Shown piece after piece: positions 9,254-19,382 of a DNA stretch of 64,000 nucleotides. Origin of the DNA: Candidatus Kaiserbacteria bacterium (GTDB taxonomy: Bacteria > Patescibacteriota > Minisyncoccia > Phycocordibacterales > UBA2100); the NCBI GenBank assembly GCA_016186695.1, contig JACPLC010000002.1, forward strand, positions 31,335 to 95,334, written 5' to 3'. Made by a program: the position numbers and the translations under genes. The notes below the pieces were generated by a model. The model worked only from the letters and a program-made list of their open reading frames with translations. It did not search any database and was not told the DNA's origin. Each line of letters starts with the position of its first letter. Position 1 is the first letter of the stretch.

Positions 9254-10270
9254 ATGACGCCTAATACAGAAGTCCTCCGAGGGAAGCGCTTGCTCGTATG
9301 TGGCGGCGCCGGCTTCATGGGCTCGAACTTTATCCTCTATGCGCTTGAGCGCATTCCCGATCTTCGTATCGTCAATCTCGATCTTCTCACGTATGCGGGA
9401 AGTCTCGAGAATCTCGCAGGAGTTGATACGAGCCGGTACTCCTTCGTGAAAGGCGATATCGCTGATGCGGATCTGGCGGCCAAGCTCTTTAAAGACGCCG
9501 ACATGGTCGTTAATTTCGCGGCCGAGACACACGTAGACCGCTCCATCCATACATCTGCAGAGGCATTCGTCCGCACGAACGTGCTCGGCGTTCACTCGCT
9601 CCTTGAAGCACTTCGGCACTCGCCGAATGTCGAACGAATGGTCCACATCTCGACGGATGAAGTATGGGGCGATCTGCCGCTCGATTCAAAAGAGAGATTC
9701 ACCGAAGAGTCGCCATTCCTTCCGAATTCGCCGTACGCCGCTTCGAAGGCAGCGGGCGATCTTCTGATACGCGCGTACGTGGCGACGCACAAGCTGCCGG
9801 TTATCGTGACCCATTCGGTGAATAATTACGGTCCGCGCCAGTTTCCGGAGAAGCTCATCCCGTTCTTTACGGCGCGCGCACTTCGAGACGAGCCTCTACC
9901 TCTCTACGGTGATGGCGAGAACCGCCGCGATTGGCTCCACGTCGACGACCATTCGGAAGCGGTTTTGACGGTGCTCGCGAAAGGCGTTCCCCTCGAGGTG
10001 TATAACATCTCGCAACAAAAAGAATATTCCAACAAAGAGATAGCGCTGCGCATTTTGGAGATTCTCGGGAAGCCCGCATCGCTCATTTCATACGTCGAAG
10101 ATCGTCCTGCGCACGACCGCAAGTATGCCGTGGATTCAACGAAGCTCCGCAGCTTGGGCTGGACGCCGCGATCCTCACTCGAAGAGAAATTTCCCGATGT
10201 TGTGCGCGGGCTCGCGCAAAGCTTGTCTCATGGCGAAGTGCCTGCTACTAATACCCATATCAAATCATGA
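9254..10270 (+). CDS. rfbB: dTDP-glucose 4,6-dehydratase
   Basis: LLVCGGAGFMGSNF (Rossmann), ETHVDRSI, YAASKAAGDLLIRAY (YxxxK), NNYGPRQFPEKLIP. Likely start MTPNTEVL at 9254 (maximal ORF from 9209). Transcribed divergently from the GT4 at 9231. Confidence 0.85.
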   Translation: MTPNTEVLRGKRLLVCGGAGFMGSNFILYALERIPDLRIVNLDLLTYAGSLENLAGVDTSRYSFVKGDIADADLAAKLFKDADMVVNFAAETHVDRSIHTSAEAFVRTNVLGVHSLLEALRHSPNVERMVHISTDEVWGDLPLDSKERFTEESPFLPNSPYAASKAAGDLLIRAYVATHKLPVIVTHSVNNYGPRQFPEKLIPFFTARALRDEPLPLYGDGENRRDWLHVDDHSEAVLTVLAKGVPLEVYNISQQKEYSNKEIALRILEILGKPASLISYVEDRPAHDRKYAVDSTKLRSLGWTPRSSLEEKFPDVVRGLAQSLSHGEVPATNTHIKS

Positions 10271-11145
10271 AGGGGATCATTCTCGCCGGAGGAACCGGCA
10301 CACGGCTCTATCCCTTGACACAGGGCACGAGCAAGCAGCTCATCCCGCTCTATAACAAGCCGATGATCTACTACCCGCTCTCGACGCTGATGCTCGCGGG
10401 CGTCCGCGATATTCTCATCATCACCACACCGCACGAGAGGAATAGCTTCGAGCGGCTTTTGGGAGACGGCTCAAAGCTCGGCTGCAAATTTTCCTACGCA
10501 ATGCAGGAAAAGCCCGAGGGATTGGCACAGGCGTTTGTTATCGGCGAGAAATTTATCGGCAGGGACGATGTCGTACTCATTCTTGGCGACAATTTCTTCT
10601 ACAGCTCGGGACTGCGAAAACTCTTCGAAAGGTGCCGGAAACCGAAGGGAGGCATCATATTCGCGCATCACGTCGCGGATACGACCGGCTACGGCGTCGT
10701 GGAGTTTGACAAGAAGGGGAAAGCGATCTCCGTGGAGGAGAAGCCCAAAAAACCAAAATCGAACTACGCAGTACCGGGTCTGTATTTCTTCGATAACGCA
10801 GCTGTCAGCCATGCAAAGCGCGCAAAACAAAGCGCACGAGGCGAGTACGAGATCACCGAGGTGATCCAAGCATACCTGAAGGCAGGCAAACTGAAGGTTA
10901 TCGAGCTCGATCGCGGGACCGTGTGGCTCGATACGGGGACCTTCGCATCGCTCATGGAGGCCGCGGAATTCGTGCGTGTCATCGAAAATCGGCAGGGTTT
11001 TCTCATCGGGAGTATCGAAGAGGTCGCGTATCGCATGCGCTACATCACCAAAGAACAGCTCAAAAATATAGCGACGCCACTTCTTAAGAGCGGATACGGC
11101 TCGTATCTCATGCGTATTGTCGACGAACCGTACGTGCCCCGGTAG
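10267..11145 (+). CDS. rfbA: Glucose-1-phosphate thymidylyltransferase
   Basis: MKGIILAGGTGTRLYPLTQGTSKQLIPLYNKPMIYYPLSTLMLAGVRDILIITTP is a near-canonical RmlA N-terminus. ATGA overlap with rfbB. Confidence 0.9.
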   Translation: MKGIILAGGTGTRLYPLTQGTSKQLIPLYNKPMIYYPLSTLMLAGVRDILIITTPHERNSFERLLGDGSKLGCKFSYAMQEKPEGLAQAFVIGEKFIGRDDVVLILGDNFFYSSGLRKLFERCRKPKGGIIFAHHVADTTGYGVVEFDKKGKAISVEEKPKKPKSNYAVPGLYFFDNAAVSHAKRAKQSARGEYEITEVIQAYLKAGKLKVIELDRGTVWLDTGTFASLMEAAEFVRVIENRQGFLIGSIEEVAYRMRYITKEQLKNIATPLLKSGYGSYLMRIVDEPYVPR

Positions 11146-11286
11146 TGAAATGTGCCTTAGGCTTACACAAACTATGAAAACGACCAACGAACATATCCAA
11201 AGTGCCACAGGTGGGAATTGGTCGCTCACGCCGCGCCAAGACGGCATGCCGCTTGGCACAAAGGCGCATTCTACTAACCGGGTGCA

Positions 11287-12387
11287 ATGATTAGTATCCT
11301 CTTTGCAGTGCCGAGGATGAGCGTGGGAGGAGCAGAAAAGCTCCTCGTCCATCAGATGCAGGGCATCGATAGGTCGCGGTTTTCGCCAAAGCTCATAACG
11401 CTTTTTACCGAACAAGAGGATTCGCTCGCTGGAGAGGTCGAGATCGCACACTGCTTTGGATTTCAATCGACACTCGACATCATGCGCTTGCCGTCGCTTA
11501 TTGCGTTCCTGAAGCGTGAGCGATTCGATGTTGTGGTGACACACCTCTTCTCCGCGAATCTTCTCGTACGTATTGCGGCAATTCTCGCAGGTGTTCCGGT
11601 CATCATGAGCTACGAGCACAATATCTATCCCGAGAAGCGCCGCTGGCAAATATTCATGGATCGGCTTCTCGCTAGGTGGACGCAGGTCATCATTACGGAT
11701 TCCGAGGCAGCGAGTCGCTTCACTGCTTCGCAGGAACGTATCCCGCTCGAGAAGTTCAGGACCATGTACATTCCTCCGCTTTTGGAAGGGAAACCGAGGG
11801 ATGCACACACCGTGCGCTCCGAGCTCGGCGTGCCCGAAAAAGCACGCGTTGTTCTCACGGTAAGCCGGCTGGTGAGCGATAAGGGTCACACGCATCTCAT
11901 CGACGCGGCAAAAAGCGTTGTTGCGAAATTTCCCGATGTCATCTTTCTCATGGTCGGCTGGGGACCTCTGAAGGAGTCGCTCCTCACGCAAGCGGGCGAG
12001 CTCGGCATAGAACGCAACATTCTTCTGCCGGGGCGCCTCGATATTCAGGATGTGCTGCCTCTTGCGGATGTGTACGTTGATCCTTCGGTATCAACCGACT
12101 TGCCGGTCGCGATAATGGAAGCAATGCGCGAGGGGAAAGCGATCGTTGCAACGGCGGTAGGCGATGTGCCTGTTTTTATTGAGAACGGAAAGACCGGACT
12201 ATGCGTGTCCCCGCGCGATCCGCGCGCGCTTTCCTCTGCAATAGAGAAGTTGCTTTCCGATCGCGCTCTTACATCACGTTTCGGCGAAGCGGCAAAAACA
12301 CGCGTCGCGAAATATTCACTTGCAGAATACATGCATATATTTGAAGAGCTCATTCTTAAGCTCCATGGCACTACTGCGAAAAATTGA
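11287..12387 (+). CDS. Glycosyltransferase family 4
   Basis: 366 aa; ..LTVSRLVSDKGHTHLIDA..VDPSVSTDLPVAIMEAMREGKAIVATAVGDVPVFI. Confidence 0.75.
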   Translation: MISILFAVPRMSVGGAEKLLVHQMQGIDRSRFSPKLITLFTEQEDSLAGEVEIAHCFGFQSTLDIMRLPSLIAFLKRERFDVVVTHLFSANLLVRIAAILAGVPVIMSYEHNIYPEKRRWQIFMDRLLARWTQVIITDSEAASRFTASQERIPLEKFRTMYIPPLLEGKPRDAHTVRSELGVPEKARVVLTVSRLVSDKGHTHLIDAAKSVVAKFPDVIFLMVGWGPLKESLLTQAGELGIERNILLPGRLDIQDVLPLADVYVDPSVSTDLPVAIMEAMREGKAIVATAVGDVPVFIENGKTGLCVSPRDPRALSSAIEKLLSDRALTSRFGEAAKTRVAKYSLAEYMHIFEELILKLHGTTAKN

Positions 12388-14026
12388 ACAATTGATTCGC
12401 GCGGAGCCCGTACTTTTCGCACTTCTTGCGCTTGCGTTTCTCCTTCGGGTCGCCGGTGTCGGCTACGGTCTGCCGCTCACGGTCGTGAACGACGAGTATC
12501 CCTTTACCTACGCCGCACTGCAGATGCTCGATGCACGCACACTCATTCCAGCCCTGAATCCGGAAGCGTTCGCCAACATTCTGCCCTACCCGCCGTACCT
12601 TTCGTATGTGCTCGTGCTTCCATTTGCCGGCATTATCGGCGTGAAAATGCTCCTATGGAACGGAGCATCTGATCTTTTTACCGCATACCTTCTCTCCGAT
12701 CTGTCTGCGTTCTTCGTCACGGCGCGACTCATTCATGTGGTGCTCGGCACTGTTTCCGTCTACCTCGTCTATCGCATCGCCGAAGCACTATTTCGCTCGA
12801 AGGTAGCGGCGACCGCAGCTGGATTTCTCATTGCGACGAGTATTTTGCATCAGGCCCTCTCCATGGTCGGCCGCAACTGGCTTCCCATCTCATTTGTTTT
12901 CCTACTTGTGCTATTTATTCTCACACGTGACATCCGGAAAGAGCGACGCTACCTGTACGCATTCGTCGCGGCAGGCGTCGGCATGGGGATCTCGTCAATC
13001 TCACTCCTCGCGCTTCCGATGATAGGTTTGTATTACCTTTACTTTGACGTAAAGAACTCCAAGCAGATCATTCATGACGTGCCGCCAATGTTCTTGGGTG
13101 TCTTCGCGTTCGTAATTCTCGCGCTTATTCCTGGATTCCTCTGGCAAGGGGGGAATGCATTTCTCGGTGCGACGACGCTGTTCGAAGGAAAGTCACTCGT
13201 CGGCCTCATCGCCGCTCCATGGTCTGCGCTTTCGCTCACGCTCTTCTCGGAGCCGGTCTTCACGGTGTTTTTCTTGATCGGCGCGGCATTTCTCGTCGCG
13301 CGCGAGCGACAGGTATTCTTTTTTGTCCTCGGCTTCTTTTTTTTGTATGTCGCAGTCTTTTACACGTTCTTCAGATTCGATGCTCGCTTTCTTCTCCCGC
13401 TTCTTCCGCTCTATGCACTTCTCGGTGGCTATATCATCTCGAGACTGTGGAATCGCAGTACGGCATTGCTTATGTGTATTGTTCTTTTAGTTCCGCTCGC
13501 TGCATCAGCTCGACTCGCATATCTTTCGTTTCAGGGCGACACCCGTGAGCATGCGAGAGAGTGGGTACTCGAGAACCTCGGCCCGAACGATCGCGTACTT
13601 GTATACTCTTCCTCTCTGCATATCCCGACGCAGGCGAAAGCTGTTGAGGAACTGCGCTCAATTGATCCGAGCGCGCTGCGCAAGATTGACGAGGCCGACG
13701 AGCGTTTGAACCGAGGAGACGTTCCCCATGCGCTTAACAATCTCACGTCTCTCATCGAAACGCCGTTCATGCAAAATCTTCCAGCCTATGCGCAGGAGAA
13801 AAAGTATACACACATCGTTCTCGAGCCGCGCTCTCTAGAGGGCACAGCAGAGACGGCGGATGTTATTGCGACGCTCAGACAAGATGCCGTCGTTGCAGCG
13901 CACTTCTCCGGCATAGGAGCGAAAACTTCTGTATGGGAAAGTGCCTTTCTCGAGCCGCTGCCTGCGCTCTTTGCAGACAAGCGACTGGGACCCGAGATCG
14001 TGATATATCGACTCGCGGATCAGTAG
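12365..14026 (+). CDS. GT-C membrane glycosyltransferase, PMT/ArnT-like (GT39/GT83 family)
   Basis: About 550 aa with multiple TM helices. First periplasmic loop carries the DE motif (..LPLTVVNDEYPFTYAALQM..). Start taken at MALLRKIEQL (the maximal ORF begins at 12320). Confidence 0.55.
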   Translation: MALLRKIEQLIRAEPVLFALLALAFLLRVAGVGYGLPLTVVNDEYPFTYAALQMLDARTLIPALNPEAFANILPYPPYLSYVLVLPFAGIIGVKMLLWNGASDLFTAYLLSDLSAFFVTARLIHVVLGTVSVYLVYRIAEALFRSKVAATAAGFLIATSILHQALSMVGRNWLPISFVFLLVLFILTRDIRKERRYLYAFVAAGVGMGISSISLLALPMIGLYYLYFDVKNSKQIIHDVPPMFLGVFAFVILALIPGFLWQGGNAFLGATTLFEGKSLVGLIAAPWSALSLTLFSEPVFTVFFLIGAAFLVARERQVFFFVLGFFFLYVAVFYTFFRFDARFLLPLLPLYALLGGYIISRLWNRSTALLMCIVLLVPLAASARLAYLSFQGDTREHAREWVLENLGPNDRVLVYSSSLHIPTQAKAVEELRSIDPSALRKIDEADERLNRGDVPHALNNLTSLIETPFMQNLPAYAQEKKYTHIVLEPRSLEGTAETADVIATLRQDAVVAAHFSGIGAKTSVWESAFLEPLPALFADKRLGPEIVIYRLADQ

Positions 14027-15450
14027 GAGAGAACATCCGCGCCATTTCTGCGAAAACGGTTCCACAGCTGGGCGGTAGCTAGGTATATACCGTATATACC
14101 GAGCAAAAGAAGGAATGGCTCAAGCGGCATACGGTAGCGGGTATCATCGCTCGAAGGTCCTGTCATGAAGGCGATCGCGTGAATAAACAGGAAGGCGACT
14201 ACGATCCACACGCTTGTGGAGTCGCGGTATCGAAGAGCACGGTAGGTCGTGTAGAGCATGCCGAGATAGAGTAAGAGCCACAATAGTCGCTCAATGAGAC
14301 GCGGTACGTTCGTAAATGTTTGCACGAAGGCGTCACCCAAGCGCCCCTGCAGTATCATGCCCCACGCTCCTTCTCCGTGTGGACGCTCGCCGGGCAAGAT
14401 CCCAAGTCTGTACAGATGGTATTTTGTGTTGACGATGCTTGAGCCGATGAAAAGCTGCATCGATTTTGCCGTATGGAACGCGGCGTATTGGAACGGATGC
14501 GCGAGGATAACCTCGCGCGCGATCGCCAACTGCTCTCCGGCGTACTTGAATGAACGCAGAATATCTTCTTCCTGCGTACCAAAGTATTTCTCGTTGTATT
14601 CGCGCCGTATTTGTTCGTAGGAAACGCCGGTGCGGGCTTGCTCGAAGGTCGGCATGTTTGCGAAGTACAGGTTGAAAGCGCTGCTCGGGGAGAATGCGAA
14701 GTGTCCAGAAAGCGAGTAGTTGCGCATCATCCACGGAACGATGGTTGCCGCCGTAACGACGAGAAAAATGAGCGCGCCGCGCGCCGCGGTTTTCCACGAC
14801 ACAGCATTTGCAAATGCCAGTAGTGCCAGAAGTGGTGCGAGATAGAGTCCGACGGGCCGCATGTACACCGAAATGCCGAATAGAAGGCCGGCGAGCACAT
14901 ACGGCACCCACGCACGTCGAGCAGGCGTGCCTACGCAATAGATGCTTCCCAGGAGCGAGAGTATGAAGAGTGGTTCGGAAATGGGAACCCACGTGGAATA
15001 TATAATGACCGGATCGATGGTGTAGATTACGGCAGCTGCGATCGCGATGGGGCGGGGAAAGTAACGCACGCCGATGAGATATATGAGTGCGACAGTGCCT
15101 GCGGTGAAGATAATTTGGACAAAGGGAACAACGGTCAGCGTTCCAAAAAAAGCGAGCATGAGTGCGAGAAATGCGGGGTAGCCGGGCACGCGCAGATATT
15201 CCGGCCCGAAAGCGGAAGAGATCTCAAAACGTCCGACCGTGAGCATGTTCTCTGCAAGATGCACATATTCGGTCACGTCGGACGTTTCGGGTCCGCCGAG
15301 CGCGATCATTGTTTCGAAACTCGTGCCATTTGCGGAGCCGAGCAGGAAAAAGACCCCGAATACGATGAGATACAGAATTACGCAGAAACTCGCGAGCAGT
15401 TTCCCAACCTGCATGTCCGTGTATGCGCCGAGCGACGCGAGGCTTGCCAT
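14020..15450 (-). CDS. GT-C membrane glycosyltransferase, ArnT-like (GT83)
   Basis: 476 aa, polytopic. Loop-1 motif ..ETSDVTEYVHLAENMLTVGRFE.. resembles the ArnT DEaRYaeiarEM signature. Convergent with the previous GT-C gene (7-bp overlap). Confidence 0.55.
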   Translation of the reverse strand: MASLASLGAYTDMQVGKLLASFCVILYLIVFGVFFLLGSANGTSFETMIALGGPETSDVTEYVHLAENMLTVGRFEISSAFGPEYLRVPGYPAFLALMLAFFGTLTVVPFVQIIFTAGTVALIYLIGVRYFPRPIAIAAAVIYTIDPVIIYSTWVPISEPLFILSLLGSIYCVGTPARRAWVPYVLAGLLFGISVYMRPVGLYLAPLLALLAFANAVSWKTAARGALIFLVVTAATIVPWMMRNYSLSGHFAFSPSSAFNLYFANMPTFEQARTGVSYEQIRREYNEKYFGTQEEDILRSFKYAGEQLAIAREVILAHPFQYAAFHTAKSMQLFIGSSIVNTKYHLYRLGILPGERPHGEGAWGMILQGRLGDAFVQTFTNVPRLIERLLWLLLYLGMLYTTYRALRYRDSTSVWIVVAFLFIHAIAFMTGPSSDDTRYRMPLEPFLLLLGIYGIYLATAQLWNRFRRNGADVLSY

Positions 15451-15525
15451 ACGTACGGGGCATTGTAGCAGTCTCTTTGTTTTGCGTCATTTGCTCGGTC
15501 ACAGGTTCGCCTCTATAGTAGTGCG

Positions 15526-16671
15526 ATGCGAAAGGATTTTCTCGTATTCGGTTCTCCACTGATCGGACACGAAGAAATAGACGAAGTTGTCGCGACGCTC
15601 AAAAGTGGCTGGATCGGCACAGGCCCAAAGACCCATCACTTTGAAGAAGAGTTCAAAAAGTATGTAGGAGCGCAGTATGCGGTAGCAGTGAATTCGTGCA
15701 CGGCCGCGCTGCACCTTTCGCTCATCGCTCTCGGCGTCGGGCCGGGCGATGAAGTGATAGTGCCGAGCATTACCTTTGCCTCAAGCGCGAATGTCGTTGT
15801 GCACGCGGGAGCGCGTCCTGTGTTTGCTGATTGTGATCGGATGACTCAAAATGTCGATCCGGAAGATATACGACGAAAGATCACGAAACGCACGAAAGCG
15901 ATTATCGTCGTGCACATGGCAGGGCGACCATGCCAGATGGATGAGATCTTAAGCATAGCGAAAGAGCACGATCTCAAAGTCGTCGAGGATGCAGCGCATG
16001 CCGTGGAGACCGAATATAAGACGAGGAAGGTCGGGACAATTGGCGATCTCGGGTGCTACAGTTTTTACACGACGAAGAATCTCGTGACAGCCGAGGGTGG
16101 CATGGTCGTGACGAACGATAAGGCCTATGCAGATCGAATTCGCGTGCTTTCGCTTCACGGCATGAGTGCAGATGCATGGAAGCGCTATGGGAGTGAGGGA
16201 TACAAACACTACGACGTCGTTGAGGCCGGATACAAGTACAACATGACCGATATACAGGCGTCTCTCGGGCTTCATCAGCTTGCGCGCATCAAAAAAAATT
16301 GGTTGCGACGCGCAGAAATATGGAAGATGTACGACAAAGCACTGCAAGGTTTGCCTCTTATTCTCCCAGCTTCGGTGGAGAAAGGAGACCGACACGCACA
16401 CCACCTCTACACGATCCTCATCGACACGGACAAGACGAAGATAACCCGCGATGAGTTTCTGAATGGCATGACAAAAAGGAATATCGGCACCGGCGTGCAT
16501 TTCCGCCCGTTGCACCTGCAGCCGTACTATCGTAAGACGCTGGGGGGCAAGGTGGGTGATCTCCCGAATGCTGAATGGATAGGCGAACGGACAGCTTCGA
16601 TTCCGCTATCCGCAAAGCTCACGGACGATGATGTGCGCGACGTTATAGAAGCAATCAAGGATGTGTTCTAG
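15526..16671 (+). CDS. DegT/DnrJ/EryC1/StrS family PLP-dependent sugar aminotransferase (ArnB/perosamine-synthase-like)
   Basis: 381 aa; ..FLVFGSPLIGHEEIDEVVATLKSGWIGTGPKTHHFEEEFKKYVGAQYAVAVNSCTAALHLSL..GDEVIVPSITFASSANVV.., typical of the family. Confidence 0.85.
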   Translation: MRKDFLVFGSPLIGHEEIDEVVATLKSGWIGTGPKTHHFEEEFKKYVGAQYAVAVNSCTAALHLSLIALGVGPGDEVIVPSITFASSANVVVHAGARPVFADCDRMTQNVDPEDIRRKITKRTKAIIVVHMAGRPCQMDEILSIAKEHDLKVVEDAAHAVETEYKTRKVGTIGDLGCYSFYTTKNLVTAEGGMVVTNDKAYADRIRVLSLHGMSADAWKRYGSEGYKHYDVVEAGYKYNMTDIQASLGLHQLARIKKNWLRRAEIWKMYDKALQGLPLILPASVEKGDRHAHHLYTILIDTDKTKITRDEFLNGMTKRNIGTGVHFRPLHLQPYYRKTLGGKVGDLPNAEWIGERTASIPLSAKLTDDDVRDVIEAIKDVF

Positions 16672-17875
16672 TCGAACAGCTTTGCAGTTTCGAATGGAAT
16701 GAACTGCAGGACCGGCTTTTCGTTATAGCGGAGGTGCGTTCCGAGTCCTAAAATGTGCTTATAGACAGCGACCGTTGAGCGTGTGGACATCTCGATGGTG
16801 AAGAAGCGGCTTCTCTTATATGCGCGCTCGATAAGAGTCTTTCTCACCTCCGGCTTTTTCACGAGAGAGAAGGCATCTGCAAGTGCCTCCGGATCGTGCG
16901 CATCAACAACGATAGCTGCGTCGCCGGCTGCCTCGGGAGAAGCTGTCATGTTTGAGACGATGATGGGTACCTTGCATGCTCCTCCTTCGATGATAGGCAT
17001 GCCGAAGCCCTCGCTCAAGGTGACGAAGGATATGACCATCGCGCCTGCATAGATGGAAGGCACGTCTTCAGTTTCAATGTAGCCGATGAATTTTATGTCG
17101 GACATATATGGCGAGGAGGGAAGCTCGCCGAAGGAGCGGACGTATTCGTCTTTTGTGCTTCCTGCAAGCGCGAGTATCTCTTTTGCATTCGGATTTTTCT
17201 CGCGATAGCGGATGTAAGAGCGCACGAGGTGGCCGACGTGTTTATGGAGGCGGAAACGTCCGAGGAAGAGAACGTATTTCCCTTTTTCGAGCCCGTACTT
17301 TTTCACTGTCGTGGCAATGTGCTCGTCGCTCGGAAGCGGGTCGTACATTTGGTCGACGGCGGGCAAGACCGTGAATACTTTCTCCGGCGAGACGCGGTAT
17401 GCATAGACGACCTCACGATTCCCGTAGTTGGAGACGGCGAGAAAGGCATCGACACGGCGACTGAACCATATCAGGGTGTAGTTGAAGACGAGGCGCGGCA
17501 GCGAAAAGAAGTCGGTGGGTGAGAGCACGTCGCCTCCGGCATGCGCCATGATGACTTTCTTCTTGGCGGGGAAGAGCCAGAAGAAGGGGAAGACGCGCGG
17601 ATGGAGCCAGTGTACGATGTCGAATTGTTCTTTCGTCGTGAGGCAAAAACGAATGAACGAAACGAACCGCGACGCGAATGGCAATTCGATGCGCGGCAGG
17701 ATTATCTCACGTGTTTGCCTGTAGAGCGGCTGGTCGGGGTTTGGTTTCGCGTGAATGAGTGTGAGGTCAATCTCGGGTTCCTTTAGAAGTTGCTCGATGA
17801 GCCGCCGATAGTACGGGCAGCGCTCTTTGCCAACGTCGAGCTCATCGGTGAACATCGCCACTTTGATTTTTTGCA
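16668..17875 (-). CDS. Glycosyltransferase family 4
   Basis: Start MQKIKVAMFTDELDVG (ATG at 17875; the maximal ORF reaches 18035). C-terminal ..FLGRFRLHKHVGHLV.. and ..SFVTLSEGFGMPIIEGGACKVPIIVSNMTASPEAAG. Confidence 0.7.
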
Positions 17876-17959
17876 TGACGCGAGTGTAGCATAAAAAGAT
17901 TCGGGCCTCTCGCGTGCGAGAGGCCCAGTCAAGAATCTGCGGTCGATGTGCCGACTGCT

Positions 17960-18754
17960 CTACACGTCGACATATGCCGCAAGGGCTGCGTGTTCGGCGA
18001 TGCCGAAGACAAGCTCCACGTTGAAGACCTTGCATCCTCGCGCAAGGATGTGGCTCGTGACGCGGTCTCGGCCGTCCGTTACGCCGCGGTTCTTCCAGTC
18101 GATTGTGTTGGTGAGTGAGCGAGGAATGCAGTCTTGAAGCCCTCCCGTATTCGTGAACATCCGATAGGTATAGTCGTCACGATCAAACAGCGATGTTCCG
18201 GCCATAACGAGTGGACCGGGCAGTGACATAACGATGTCGAGTAGCCCACACATGGCACGATCGAGCTCTTCGTTGATTTCTCCTTCTCCTCGCCACGGCC
18301 CATGGGTCGTGACAACCGTGACCGGTTTTCCGTCGACGCTCAACTTAAGGGAACATGCGATTTTGCTCTCGCATGTTGCGAGTAATGCGGCATCTTTCGC
18401 ACTCGCATTCCCATTTGGCGCAAGCGTCACCGCTTGCCGCAGGAGCTTCGGAACAGGCTCCATGTTAAGGAGATACGCTTCCGACGACTTGCCAACGACG
18501 GGTAAGGTCGTGAAAACACCGATTCCGACTTTTGTGTTCTCGCTCTGACCGGTTGCGTCGAAGTGCACTGTGGTGTCAGCGAAATTGCAATGAGGCCATC
18601 GATCTCGGAAGTTTTCGCGCTCGACAACCCTTCGATATACGTCCTGAACAAGCAGAACATCTAAGCTCTTGTCGAGTGCAAAATTCATTACCTCTTCAGA
18701 GCCTGGGTTGTAGCCGCGGTGAAAGTTTACACTTCCAAAACGGAACATTGCCAT
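17960..18754 (-). CDS. Hypothetical protein, possibly endonuclease/exonuclease/phosphatase (EEP) fold
   Basis: 264 aa. N-terminal MAMFRFGSVNFHRG and LDVLLVQDV resemble EEP motifs I/II. The C-terminal ..FGIAEHAALAAYVDV resembles the terminal SDH.P motif. The match is weak. Confidence 0.35.
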   Translation of the reverse strand: MAMFRFGSVNFHRGYNPGSEEVMNFALDKSLDVLLVQDVYRRVVERENFRDRWPHCNFADTTVHFDATGQSENTKVGIGVFTTLPVVGKSSEAYLLNMEPVPKLLRQAVTLAPNGNASAKDAALLATCESKIACSLKLSVDGKPVTVVTTHGPWRGEGEINEELDRAMCGLLDIVMSLPGPLVMAGTSLFDRDDYTYRMFTNTGGLQDCIPRSLTNTIDWKNRGVTDGRDRVTSHILARGCKVFNVELVFGIAEHAALAAYVDV

Positions 18755-18836
18755 AACGCCCTCCTTCCATTAGGTTTCAAACAGCTCATAGGCCACCACG
18801 GCCTACTCGCTCGAGATAGTGCGACGGATTGCTGTT

Positions 18837-19382
18837 CTAGTCAATTTTTGACTCGAGTTCTTTGAGATATTTTTCTGCGAATGCGCGGTGAGGATGATTT
18901 TGGATCATATCTTTTGAGCCGAGGGCGAGCATTTCTTCGCAGGTGAAGAACCGTTTGCCCTCGCTCTCGGCGATTACTCCTCTCGGTTCACATGCGACGA
19001 AGACGGACAGTCCGCCGATACCGGATTCTTCGACCATCCATTTGTGGATATCGAGCGCTCCTTTGTACTCAACGTCGACTCCAAGCTCTCCTCGCGCCAC
19101 TCGCGAGCACGTTTCCTGTATGCTCTCCGACACTTTTCCGAATCCGCCCGGAATATGAAAAAGGCCTTTGTGCGCAGGAATTGTTTCGCCCTCGTAACGG
19201 GTAAGGAGAATGTGAGGTACCTTTTGCTTTTTATCAACGATAACGAGCTCGAATGCGGGCAAGGTGAGCGTGCGGTGGAGCTCCTGCCATGCCAGCAGCG
19301 GTACCCAGTAATCGTTCTCTTGAATCTTCTTGAGGAGTCGTTTCAGCTCTTCGCTCTCTGCTTCCGTAAACGTGTCAGTCAT
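18837..19382 (-). CDS. NUDIX hydrolase
   Basis: Nudix box GGFGKVSESIQETCSRVARGELGV fits GX5EX7REUXEEXGU. ATGA overlap with the upstream gene. Confidence 0.75.
   Translation of the reverse strand: MTDTFTEAESEELKRLLKKIQENDYWVPLLAWQELHRTLTLPAFELVIVDKKQKVPHILLTRYEGETIPAHKGLFHIPGGFGKVSESIQETCSRVARGELGVDVEYKGALDIHKWMVEESGIGGLSVFVACEPRGVIAESEGKRFFTCEEMLALGSKDMIQNHPHRAFAEKYLKELESKID

Noticed and set aside
10471-11991. 506-aa minus-strand ORF overlapping rfbA and the following GT4 gene on the opposite strand
   Set aside because: It is fully antisense to two well-supported genes (the canonical RmlA N-terminus and a GT4). Its protein is low-complexity and Arg/His/Cys-rich with no family resemblance, the typical high-GC shadow-ORF artefact.
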